Shown: positions 10,401 through 19,093 of the stretch, in pieces
Position numbering within the stretch: the first letter of the stretch is position 1
How the letters are laid out: the number at the start of each line of letters is the position of its first letter
Assembly: GCA_000934665.2 (NCBI GenBank)
Contig: KZ539125.1
Span: 1 to 32,712, forward strand
Source: Catajapyx aquilonaris
Taxonomy: Eukaryota
Direction: 5' to 3'
DNA length: 32,712 nucleotides
The notes under the pieces: model-generated
Database searches by the model: none
What the model was told of the DNA's origin: nothing
The model's input: only the letters and a program-made list of their open reading frames with translations
Made by a program: the position numbers and the translations under genes

Positions 10401-13400
10401 TAATTGCACACCTCAGTTATCTCCGCCGTTTCTCATCGGAATTAGTTTGCGAATGTATCTACGGCGAGCCAGAAACGTGCAGTATTAAAATGGGGACACA
10501 TTTTTAGTTTATGAGACTGGAAAAATTGGTCATTGCCTACCTTTGTCATAAAAATTGACATTAAAATTAAGAAAGGTTCCTAGTCCCAGCTGTGACCATT
10601 TAATATGCAAAATTTTTCCAACTTTCATGCCAGACTTTTCATGTCTCAGAGAACAGATATTTTAAAACTTTGTTTCACATTTTCATCTAATATTATTAGG
10701 AGCAACTTCCAATATGAATATTATTGTGGGCCATTGCAAAACTGATTTGAGAAGACATCCTTTGTAACACTTATATTTGCTGAATGAGAAGCAGAGTGAA
10801 ACAAACAGGAGAGGAAAGTAGTGCATAAATCTCATCCCGCGGCTTTTCAGTTCCCACACAGAAAATGCCACGGTTGCTGACAACAAGTGCGTCAGCGTGT
10901 AAGAAGCTTCTTCACAAAGCAGAACTGATGGGAATTGACACTCAGGCTCTAGAAATTCAAGAAGCACAAGCAGCAGCATTAGTTGATATCAGAAAAAAGT
11001 GGCACATCCCTCCAGCATTCAGGTGTGCCATTTGTAAATGTATGTAGTAGTTGCACCTAATAGCGAATTGATCTGCATTATTTGGTTTTATGACAGCGTG
11101 GAATTTATTAGTTATTACCTGGATCGCAACATGCGTATGACATGTATGAAACAGCATTTAGAGGAACTCCTGGATCAGAATTCACAGTTGCAAGAAGAAC
11201 AACAAGCATTAAGGGACAAATATGACCAAGTAGGTTCTCTTGAAGACTGAGTGTGTTTCTTAGATTTTAATGATCCTTCTTGATATTGCAGTTGGTGCAG
11301 GAACATTCAGATGAAGATGATTCTACTGGTAAAATGAAAGAGCTGGTGGAAAAATATCACAGGGTTGTGAAGCTGCTTGTTCCCCAAAAGGAATTGCCTG
11401 CAGTGGAAAAAGGAAAGCATTTGTCAATGGCATCAAAAGCAATCACCAAAAAGGATCCAAAGGTAAAGATAGAAGAACGCCCAGGTGTCAAGAGCAGTAG
11501 GGTTAGAAATGGGCCGCAGAAAGCGTGTTGGACTTTCAACAACTTTGAAAGTGATGCCCTACCAACTTCCTTGCTGAATGAGTGTGGCATTTGCCGCCAA
11601 CTGAATGACCAGCATTTACTAGCAAAGTGTGATACTTGTCACAAGCACTATCACTTAGGATGTCTCACACCACCACTGACAAGAATGCCAAAGAAAACAA
11701 AACTGATGGGTTGGTAAGTGACCTGCAATTTAATAATTTACACAAGTGCAATTTTTAAAATGGTTGTTCATGCAAATTCTCAGGCAGTGCTCTGAATGCG
11801 ATAAGGAATCTTCCCCTTCTGAACCAGAAAATGTGGACACAGAAGCACCACGCAAGTTGCGCCAGACTATAAAGGAGCCTTGCAAATTTTCTCCAGTCCT
11901 CGGTAGCCCTATGTCTCCAAAGGTTTGAATATGTTGTGTTATTGTAGTAGGGTACTATTATAGCAGCAATTCTCAGGTTTAACCAAAATGGTGTTTCAGA
12001 TCCTATTAGAGAAACTGCCTGATCAAATCACTTCTTCTGAGAAAGAAAGGAAAGAGAAGAAGAAAAAGGAGAAGAGGAAACGTAAAGCAGAAAAGTTAAA
12101 GAGAAAGAAGATTTTGGATGGTGACTCAGACAAACACCTCGAAACGGATGCTCCACGTATTAAAATTAAGGTATGATTGCATAGCTGTTCCACTGTACCA
12201 ATCTCATGTGATGCCAGCTAACAAGTAGTTTATTGTGTTACAGATCAAACCCATCCCGCTGCCTGTGCAACCTGCATGGGAAATGCTGCCTGAAACTCCA
12301 AGGAAAGCGGCAGTGTTGTCAAGTTTGAAGCGTGCCAGAGATACTGATGTCAGAACTAGTTGTGATGTCTGCCATGAGCCTGGTGTTAATGACAACTTAG
12401 TTAGGTCAGTCCGGTTTACTATTTTATGGTTCATCGATAATACATAGTCAATCCTTGCTATTTGCTCTGGTTAGGTTGATTGTAAATGCCATGAATGCAG
12501 AAATCTGCATAAAAAGTACTAGGTTCTAGAGGAAAAGGTGTGTGTGGGGGAGGGGGGGGGGGGTTCTTGCAAGATCCTGTTCACTAGACACTGTTGCCAA
12601 TTCATTTACTTGTGGCAGTGGATCTGATGGTGGATTCATTCATGCTGAATTTGCTCTGAGAGATACTACAAATATTTCAGAACCAAGTTTATCTAACACA
12701 CTTTGTCATCGCAGCCTTCTTGCATTTATGTACTATGCATGGATGCAATAAGTAGTATGAAGAAGAAAAAAAAAACCCTGCAAAAACATGGATGAATGCA
12801 TTAGCTGTAAAACTAATCTTCTTAATTTGGATATATGAATATGTGCACATGATTCATGAAAATCATCTGGACTTGTTTTTAAGAAGTGCTTGTCCATTTC
12901 AGGTGTGATGAATGCAAGCGGTGCTTCCATTTTGCATGCCTGGATCCACCTGTGAAGAAATCTCCAAAACCTCGAGGTTATTCTTGGCACTGTGCTGATT
13001 GTGATCCCACAGTAAGTGATTATGATTCAAGTTCTTACCATGTTTTGTAGATTTGAAGTACGGAAACAGCCCCTTTCAGTATGCTAGATCCAACATGAAA
13101 TGACAGCTCTCACTCATTGCCTTATGGAAATGCCACAGACTCCAAACAACCCTGCATATTGACTTAGTGTTAGGGCAGTAAGAAGCTCTGCAAGATGTCA
13201 TGCCATGGGTATGATCATTGTCAAGGTACCTTGTGCCACATGCACGACATGAAAATCTCACATCTTGATAAGCCTTATATCATTTCCAAGTTATTGCTTT
13301 GGGTTGTCCAGAGTTTGTGGCATTCAGGTATGGTTTTGGGTGGGATCAATCCACCTTTTAAAGCTTGATCTAGAATCAGATTTTTGTGTGCTGTGAAATT

Positions 13401-13484
13401 TGACATAAGCAGAGCCGTATACTAACATATATTAATTAAATTTTTTTGTCAACACAGGATGAAGAGCTTCCCAGTGACAATTAA
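3425..13484 (+). CDS. PHF14: PHD finger protein 14 ortholog, 5'-partial spliced gene: join(3425-3552,3614-3728,3785-3913,8480-8717,8786-8890,8958-9145,10851-11022,11097-11229,11292-11713,11784-11922,12000-12170,12244-12404,12903-13011,13458-13484)
   Basis: All 13 introns are GT..AG with compatible phases; 2237 nt, open to TAA at 13482-13484. Peptides such as [69 protein letters not shown] and KKWHIPPAFSVEFISYYLDRN match PHF14 as I recall it. Confidence 0.93.
3614..3728 (+). CDS. PHF14: PHF14 exon, PHD1 N-half ([30 protein letters not shown])
   Basis: ttttag acceptor, gtacgc donor; PHD Cys/His spacing. Confidence 0.93.
3785..3913 (+). CDS. PHF14: PHF14 exon, PHD1 C-half and start of the following zinc-binding segment (GCYGVTDS...EPWFCEPCKAG...CELCPNS)
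   Basis: tttcag acceptor, gtgctg donor; phase 1 on both sides. Confidence 0.93.
4172..4484 (+). mobile_element. tRNA-derived SINE with V-domain-like core
   Basis: A box TGGCCGAGGGG, B box GTTCGATCC, core GGTTTTCTCGGGGTTCTCCCATTTCCTCCCAC, (ATC)n(ATT)n tail, 13-bp TSD ATTATTGGTAGTA (4159-4171 and 4485-4497). Confidence 0.88.
4428..4490 (+). repeat. (ATC)n(ATT)n microsatellite, SINE tail
   Basis: Read directly from the sequence. Confidence 0.95.
4757..5976. mobile_element. Harbinger-like non-autonomous element, 1220 bp
   Basis: TAT|GGGCTGTATTCAGAGTC ... GACGCTGAATACAGCCC|TAT (16/17 TIR match, 3-bp TSD); subterminal GCACTA/TAGTG repeats; CpG-rich. Confidence 0.8.
6110..6371. repeat. Long inverted repeat: 107-bp arms, 48-bp loop
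   Basis: 6110-6216 pairs with 6265-6371 with about 8 mismatches by manual alignment. Confidence 0.92.
7351..7650 (+). mobile_element. Helentron/DINE-1-like non-autonomous element with G-rich interior
   Basis: TTTTAGACCTTTTTTC..GAAAAAAGTC mini-hairpin followed by a CTGTCCATCTGTCCGTCTGT microsatellite; TCTGTGGACAGGTATCA recurs inverted as TGATACCTGTCCACAGA near 7620. Confidence 0.5.
8480..8717 (+). CDS. PHF14: PHF14 exon, extended PHD ([13 protein letters not shown]...CRTYFHVT)
   Basis: catttaaag acceptor, gtaaga donor; strongly conserved ePHD peptide. Confidence 0.95.
8786..8890 (+). CDS. PHF14: PHF14 exon ([32 protein letters not shown])
   Basis: ttgtag acceptor, gtgaaa donor; completes the ePHD. 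Confidence 0.93.
8958..9145 (+). CDS. PHF14: PHF14 exon (RRRRNWLALH...KALKPPPW)
   Basis: tttcag acceptor, gtgagt donor; in frame. Confidence 0.9.
10851..11022 (+). CDS. PHF14: PHF14 exon (VPTQKMPRLLTTSASACKKLLHKAELMG...KKWHIPPAF)
   Basis: ttttcag acceptor, gtgtgc donor; conserved PHF14 segment. Confidence 0.92.
11097..11229 (+). CDS. PHF14: PHF14 exon, coiled coil (SVEFISYYLDRNMRM...LRDKYDQ)
   Basis: tgacag acceptor, gtaggt donor. Confidence 0.92.
11292..11713 (+). CDS. PHF14: PHF14 exon, linker and PHD3 (ECGICRQLNDQHLLAKCDTCHKHYHLGCLTPPLTRMPKKTKLMG)
   Basis: ttgcag acceptor, gtaagt donor; canonical PHD spacing. Confidence 0.93.
11784..11922 (+). CDS. PHF14: PHF14 exon (WQCSECDKESS...PMSPK)
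   Basis: tctcag acceptor, gtttga donor; completes PHD3 (WQCSEC). Confidence 0.9.
12000..12170 (+). CDS. PHF14: PHF14 exon with a Lys/Arg-rich, NLS-like stretch (KERKEKKKKEKRKRKAEKLKRKK)
   Basis: tttcag acceptor, gtatga donor; phase 0/0. Confidence 0.82.
12244..12404 (+). CDS. PHF14: PHF14 exon, start of PHD4 (TSCDVCHEPGVNDNLV)
   Basis: ttacag acceptor, gtcagt donor. Confidence 0.88.
12903..13011 (+). CDS. PHF14: PHF14 exon, PHD4 C-half (RCDECKRCFHFACLDPPVKKSPKPRGYSWHCADCDPT)
   Basis: tttcag acceptor, gtaagt donor; PHD motif. Confidence 0.93.
13458..13484 (+). CDS. PHF14: PHF14 probable last coding exon (DEELPSDN*)
   Basis: T-rich tract plus aacacag acceptor, phase 0, TAA stop; AATAAA at 13862-13867 downstream. 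Confidence 0.7.
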   Translation, partial: DEELPSDN

Positions 13485-14829
13485 AGTAATGAATTGTCAC
13501 TTCAAATGAAAGACTCAAATAAGCAGAAGTGAAAGGATTTCATAGCTAGTTACTGTAAGTGGATGAAACTGAGTCGCATCTAGGATATTAAACCTCTGGG
13601 TCCCTCTGTAAGGACATTGAGCAAGCGAAAAAACCAGAATTATTTTGTGCGAATAAGCCAAGAAAGGAGTGGTTTTTTGGAACTTCAACATATAATTATG
13701 TAGATGAGCAATATAGCACAATTTTTATGACCTCCTGGCTGCCCCTGGAATGTGCCATTTTCAACACTTCCTAGGGTTTGCCGGTAGATGTCCACTGGAC
13801 ACTTTCGAGGTAGGATACACCTGAATTTGTTTTGAAATATTACTGCAAGAGCAGTGTTGAAAATAAAATTATACAATTTTCATTAATATTTGAAGGGCTC
13901 GGGAGAAAACATGATAACCGCCAGGGAAAAATGCAAATGGTTCTCGGCCTGATTCTGCGGAAACAAATGAAGCACGGAAGGTATCCTCTGGTAGGGAGTA
14001 CCTTCATGAGTATTCGTGAATTTTTTCCCACCTGCAGAGAGAGTCGGTTGCTGGCAGTCAGCCTGTGAGTGACCAAGGGTACTCGGCACCCGTTGAATTT
14101 TCATTTCCTGTGAAAATGACGGAACAACTTGAACAGGGTATGACTCATGACTCGTCACCAGTCATGACAGTGTTCAGGAAGTCGGGGTCACCGTTTCAGG
14201 AGTCCAGAATGCCCTGTGAGGCTTGCAGCTCCGTCACACAGTGGTCTGAACGCCGAAAATCGCAATCAAAAATGTTACCTTGAAAACTGTAGCATGTAAA
14301 TTCATTCTAAAAGTCGATTCATATGTTTTCGAGCTCGCTGGACTCGAATTTGTGATAATTTTGTACCTACAACCTATAGGGTGTATGAAAAAAATTTGCA
14401 AAAAAAAGCACCCTTAACTGTTAGAGGAAGATATTTAATTAATTAGTTTGAAAAGTCCCTGACATCTCTAATTCGGTTTAAATACAGCCTCATGTCATTC
14501 CAATATCATAATCCTACAGGATGTGCCAGAAATTATGCTCCAAATATCCAAAAATTGAACCATAACTGTTCAGGAATAGTGTATTATTGGATACTTCGAA
14601 CAGATTTTTTCATAGGCTCGTAAGTATTTTAATTATATTTTTAGGTAATTATAAGCGTAATCCTACTGGGTGTTTCAGTAATACCTCCCTGTCCACTAAA
14701 CTGCACGAACTGGTTGCTACAAAAGTTCGGCCTCTGTGACAGATTGTGTTGCTTTCTTGTGGTACATCCAGTAGGAATTATCCAGATTCTTGGCTCTATT
14801 ACTTTCACACCTGCATCCCAATAAACTTA

Positions 14830-15393
14830 TGATTTTAGATCAGAACTGAGCAGCAGCCTGCAGAAGAGATTCGTTCGTGAACATTTTTGTGTATAATTAT
14901 GATGTTCTCGAAAACGCTGAATGTCTTAGAAAAACTAAGACATTCAGCGTTTTCGAGAACATCATAATTATACTCATGTGCAATGTTGGTGGCATGTAGT
15001 AGCCTACTAGCCATAAAGCAGCACGCATTTCTATGCTGCTTTTAGGCAGTATTCCTGGAATATGTATGCCTCAATATCTTCCGCTCTCCTCATGTCGCTC
15101 AATATTATGCCGAATCTTCTGATCATGTCTTCACCAATTTCTTTCGTACAAAAATAATAAGATATAGATCGAGAAGTGTCGAACATAGTATTCCAGGTGA
15201 AACTTCAGTTACTTCAGCAGATAACTTGTGGTTGGCAAAGAATCGCCTTGCCGACCCCGTGCATAGACTAAAGCCTGTGTTATTGTAAAATTTTATACCA
15301 TTAGTCATCGTTCTGAACAAAGTAATATCGCTCTGATGATGGTAATCTTAATAAATCCCAACCTTGCAAGCGAGGTGGAATGTGTATTAAACA
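14830..15393 (-). pseudogene. Transib (RAG1-core-related) transposase C-terminal remnant
   Basis: Collinear minus-strand peptides CLIHIPPRLQGW, SARRFFANHKLSAEVT, IGEDMIRRFGIILSDMRRAEDIEAYIFQEYCLKAA*KCVLLYG, YYMPPTLH, DIQRFREHH...CSR...RLLLSSD follow recalled Transib motifs (ARRFF, LIRRF, WYYM..T.HK, KDFRRFREHH, SSDP); stops and frameshifts present. Confidence 0.85.
14891..14973. repeat. Perfect palindrome: 39-bp arms, AAAAA loop
   Basis: GTATAATTATGATGTTCTCGAAAACGCTGAATGTCTTAG-AAAAA-exact reverse complement. Confidence 0.97.
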
Positions 15394-18300
15394 AGAATCG
15401 TGGGGCCCTTTTTCACGACACGATGATATTTTTGTTTCTAGGGTCAAGTGTTTACACTCCCCAACTTGCAATGGGCAGCTAGTGGCAGCTGAATTATATA
15501 TGGCCACTTACCCCTCCTACAGGAGGATATGATGGCAGCAATTTCATGAGTTCCTGGTAATTACTCCCTTTTGGGGGACATATTTTATCAGGTAAACCCA
15601 GAAAATTAGGGTATATAAATAAAATAATTTTTTTGCAATATTATATCATCATCATCACGACATTTCCCTATGAGGGGTAGGCAGCGATGAAGGGAGACAC
15701 AAGCTAATCCAACATATGAACTAAATTAAAACTAGTGAAAATAGAACTATAAGCAACCTGTCCCACCCCCCACCCCTGCCCATCTCAGACGACAGACAAG
15801 ATGAAGTAAGTATTTTTGTAGAGTGATCCTTGGATACAAGAATCACTCTACAAAAATACATACATAATCTTTGTTAATAATACTGCATTGTCTGCATAAG
15901 TGAGTAACATAATCGCATATGTACACATTTTCAAGACAAAAATGACTGGTCTTAAAATGTGTATTTTTTTCTCTCACTTTGATACCCTGTGGTACCTTTA
16001 ATACAAAAGATATGGTCACACAACTTGGCCCACACGTGGCACACATCTATCAGTTTCATTTAAGGTACTTATGAAATTCCAACAATAATAGTCAAAAATT
16101 GATTTTTGATTACGGTTTTCGGCATTCAGACTGCTGTGCGTCGGTAGGTAGCTTTGGCACAAATTGAACGTCTCGGGAGTAAAACATGTTAACCTGCCTG
16201 CGGCAGTGGGCTCACAGGCTGACTGTTAGCAACTGGTGCTCTCTGCAGGAGGGAAATTATTCACGAATACTCATGAAGGCACTCCACACCTACCCACAGA
16301 AGGACACCCCCTGTGCGTCATTTGTTTCCGCAGGAAAAAATCAGGCCGAGATTGTTTTGCATTTTTCACTGGTGGTTATCACGTTTTCCTCCCAAGCCCT
16401 CCATTTAACTATGATTATTGATGGTGCCCTGCATCAGCTTTAGGTTAGTAATTGCACTTGCATCATTATGAAAATAAGTTCCTGCAGAATTACTGAAAGA
16501 ATGCTGGAATAGTTTTTTGAATCACTCATGCAACAGGGGAAGTTGAATATTTTTGGTGATGAAAATTTGAGGTCACAGGATCGACCTCTGTTATGACTTA
16601 TGAGGGATGTATTTCACTCCACTGTTCCTACACACATGATGAAAGTGTGATGCAATTGTGTACATGGACAATGTAGATTGGGAGAAAACCTATATCTTAT
16701 TTTGGAGCTGAAATTCCCACTTTGGAAATTTGTGTGTTGCCTAATATGATCAAAAACAGTGTCAAATTCCTCACACTACATTATTTTGATGATTGTTTTG
16801 AGAATTACACAAGCTTACAAGAAGGTATATGTAGCATGATAGCCCAGTCTTTCTATATGTCATGTCACCATTAGATATTAATTTATTTCCTAATATGCAA
16901 TATAATGTACATGTGGAACCCAGAGGGTTAGTGCACTGGAAGTGATTCCTTGGATAAAGAGCTGATTGCATTTAGTTGTATATCTTGTGAGGGTGAATTG
17001 CAAAGATGAGATGTAGGCTATGGCCCAGTGAGGCTGCAGTTTAAAGCTCGCCTGCAGTTGCAAAGATGAACTTTTTTACAAGGCTGTGGTTGTACTGTGG
17101 CAAACTCAGACCTGCCTCCAAGGTGGTGCAGGCTTGAATCATGGTATGATGTATAAAACAACAGAAATCAGCATCAAAATTAGGAATTTGGCAAATTAGA
17201 AGGTGAATTGTGATATCATCAATTTTTCTAGCCCACATGATAGGTCATGATAACATGAGATCACAGTTATTGGCTCTCCGATTTTGGCACCATGATAAGA
17301 TACAGATTAGCAATAACATTCCTTGGTCTGCAGCACACATGACAGGCAGTAATGGTGCAGTCATCATAAAGCCACATGAGTACACCAGCACTAGTGGGAT
17401 TGGGGAACCAATCATTGTGATTTTGAAATCCTGCTGGTAGGCCAGCTTTCAATAAAATAATGTCAATTGCAAAGCTGAGACATTGGAAAATTGCATAACC
17501 AATTCCTGACTTTGATATTTATGGAAAATAATAATTGCTTTCACATGTCAGGATCTCACCCAAGTACTGGAAGGAACAGTTTGCTGTCCTCTCTACCATA
17601 ATTTCCCTATATAAGAATTGAACATTCATGCTGTGATGAAATGTCATAAACAGCTACTGTAAGCAGTCTCATACCTACTCTCACAGCATGTGGTACAATA
17701 TGCTGTGTCTCCATCGCTGTAGGATGTCAAGACAGGAGAGCTACCTTTTCGAAACCTGATGTGCTGTTGCCAATGTTCCAAAGGCAGATCCCATTTTTTT
17801 ATGTACATTTAAGCTGAGGGTTGAACTTGGCCTAGTGAGACAGGGTTTAAAGACTGGTTCAGAACCTCATCTTTGCAATACACCCTTAATGCCTATCAAT
17901 GTAGCGTGCACCTGACCTTTAAGTAGTGTACATATCCAGTGTAATACTGACATTTCTATTTTGACATAATTATTTGCTAATTTATGGTGTTCTTGTAGTT
18001 GCAACAGTTAGAACATTGCCATTTTTATACTTACAAGGAAAGACAAGATGTGTGTCTGCCAGCTGGCCCGATAATTACGTCATGGGTAAATTGTAGGCTA
18101 GGAAATCATTGGTGAAATTGATCAGTTTACAACACAGGCATTTAGAGGTATGAGAGGAATAAGGAGGCATTGGACTTTCCACATTGCTCCAGTTCACTTG
18201 TGAAGGAGTGATGGCCAAAGTTGCCAAGCAAATGGCATTAACTAAATGGATAGAGTATTGGCTTAATGGTTGGAATGCCAGGTTCATGCCCACCCACTGG

Positions 18301-18872
18301 CATTTGTTTTCTTTAACATGCTTTTTTAGGCGATCTCTTGAGTATTTTGTGCTTACAAATGACTGAAATGCAATAGAATAGGCCTTAGAATGCATAGCAG
18401 GATAACTATCAGTTGCCTTTGATTATCATTGTATGTATTGCTGTATTTCTAGAGTAAGTGCCATTTGGCCATAAATGTTTTAAAAGGTAATTTCTCCTAA
18501 AAATCAACATAGCCATGCAATGACATGGATATTGAACTTACCACATAACACAAACAACAGTATGATTTGAACATTTCTAGATGTTTTTTAAAAAAAATTA
18601 GAAGTATTAGTATAATGTACCTAAAAACTGTGTGTCCTCCCATTGTATTACCCCACTCAAACCTATGGAACCAGTGCAGTGTTGCAAAAGCATTTACTTA
18701 ATTAAATATCTTTATTAGTGAACAATATGCAATGTTTATCGAACGTTGTCTATTATTGCTTGGAACATAGAACTTAGATTATCTCATGTTTACATTGCCT
18801 CCTGCAGTAATTTAATAATGGAAACAGTTCCAAAATTGTGAATTTCAAATGCAGATGTATGCAATTCCAGAA

Positions 18873-19093
18873 TAGGTAGGACAAACCTAAGTTTCCATTT
18901 TTCATGTTACATTAATATAACTTCTACAAACAATTGTGGTGGTTGAAGGAAAAAAACTACCCTGGAAGAGTTCCTTTGTTTGCTGTTCTGGTGAGAACTT
19001 TTCATCCAGAGCTTTTTGTAGGGCAATGAAGAGGTGGAAGTCTGTGGGTGCGAGGTTAGAACTATGGGCAGGGTGTTCTAAGACATCTTGAGC
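18873..19093 (-). pseudogene. Old mariner transposase 3' fragment
   Basis: Minus strand 19093-18995 reads AQDVLEHPAHSSNLAPTDFHLFIALQKALDEKF, a decayed HPPYSPDLAPSDFHLF motif; possible TIR remnant near 18873. Confidence 0.7.

Larger units (their letters stand above)
14237..16138 (-). mobile_element. Transib DNA transposon, internally deleted fossil
   Basis: 37-bp TIRs (14237-14273 and 16102-16138, 32/37 identical) beginning CACAG; 5-bp TSD CGTCA/CGTCG; Transib transposase remnant inside. Confidence 0.88.
13894..16400. mobile_element. Older long-TIR/foldback element (~180-190-bp arms at 13894-14070 and 16209-16400) interrupted by the Transib insertion
   Basis: Arms align in inverted orientation, e.g. 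CCTTCATGAGTATTCGTGAAT vs ATTCACGAATACTCATGAAGG and CAGTCAGCCTGTGAG vs CTCACAGGCTGACTG. TSD not resolved. Confidence 0.7.

Noticed and set aside
10030..10640. CpG-rich DNA-transposon-like stretch in a PHF14 intron
   Set aside because: Probably TE-derived, but I could not identify paired termini or a TSD.
11977..11999. Alternative PHF14 acceptor (tctcag at 11976)
   Set aside because: It would introduce an immediate in-frame TAA.
13832..14158. ORFs similar to those at 16186-16443 (possible duplicated gene)
   Set aside because: The similarity is explained by inverted TE arms with frameshifts between copies.
18075..18395. 106-aa minus-strand ORF
   Set aside because: No recognisable domain or splice context; length compatible with chance.
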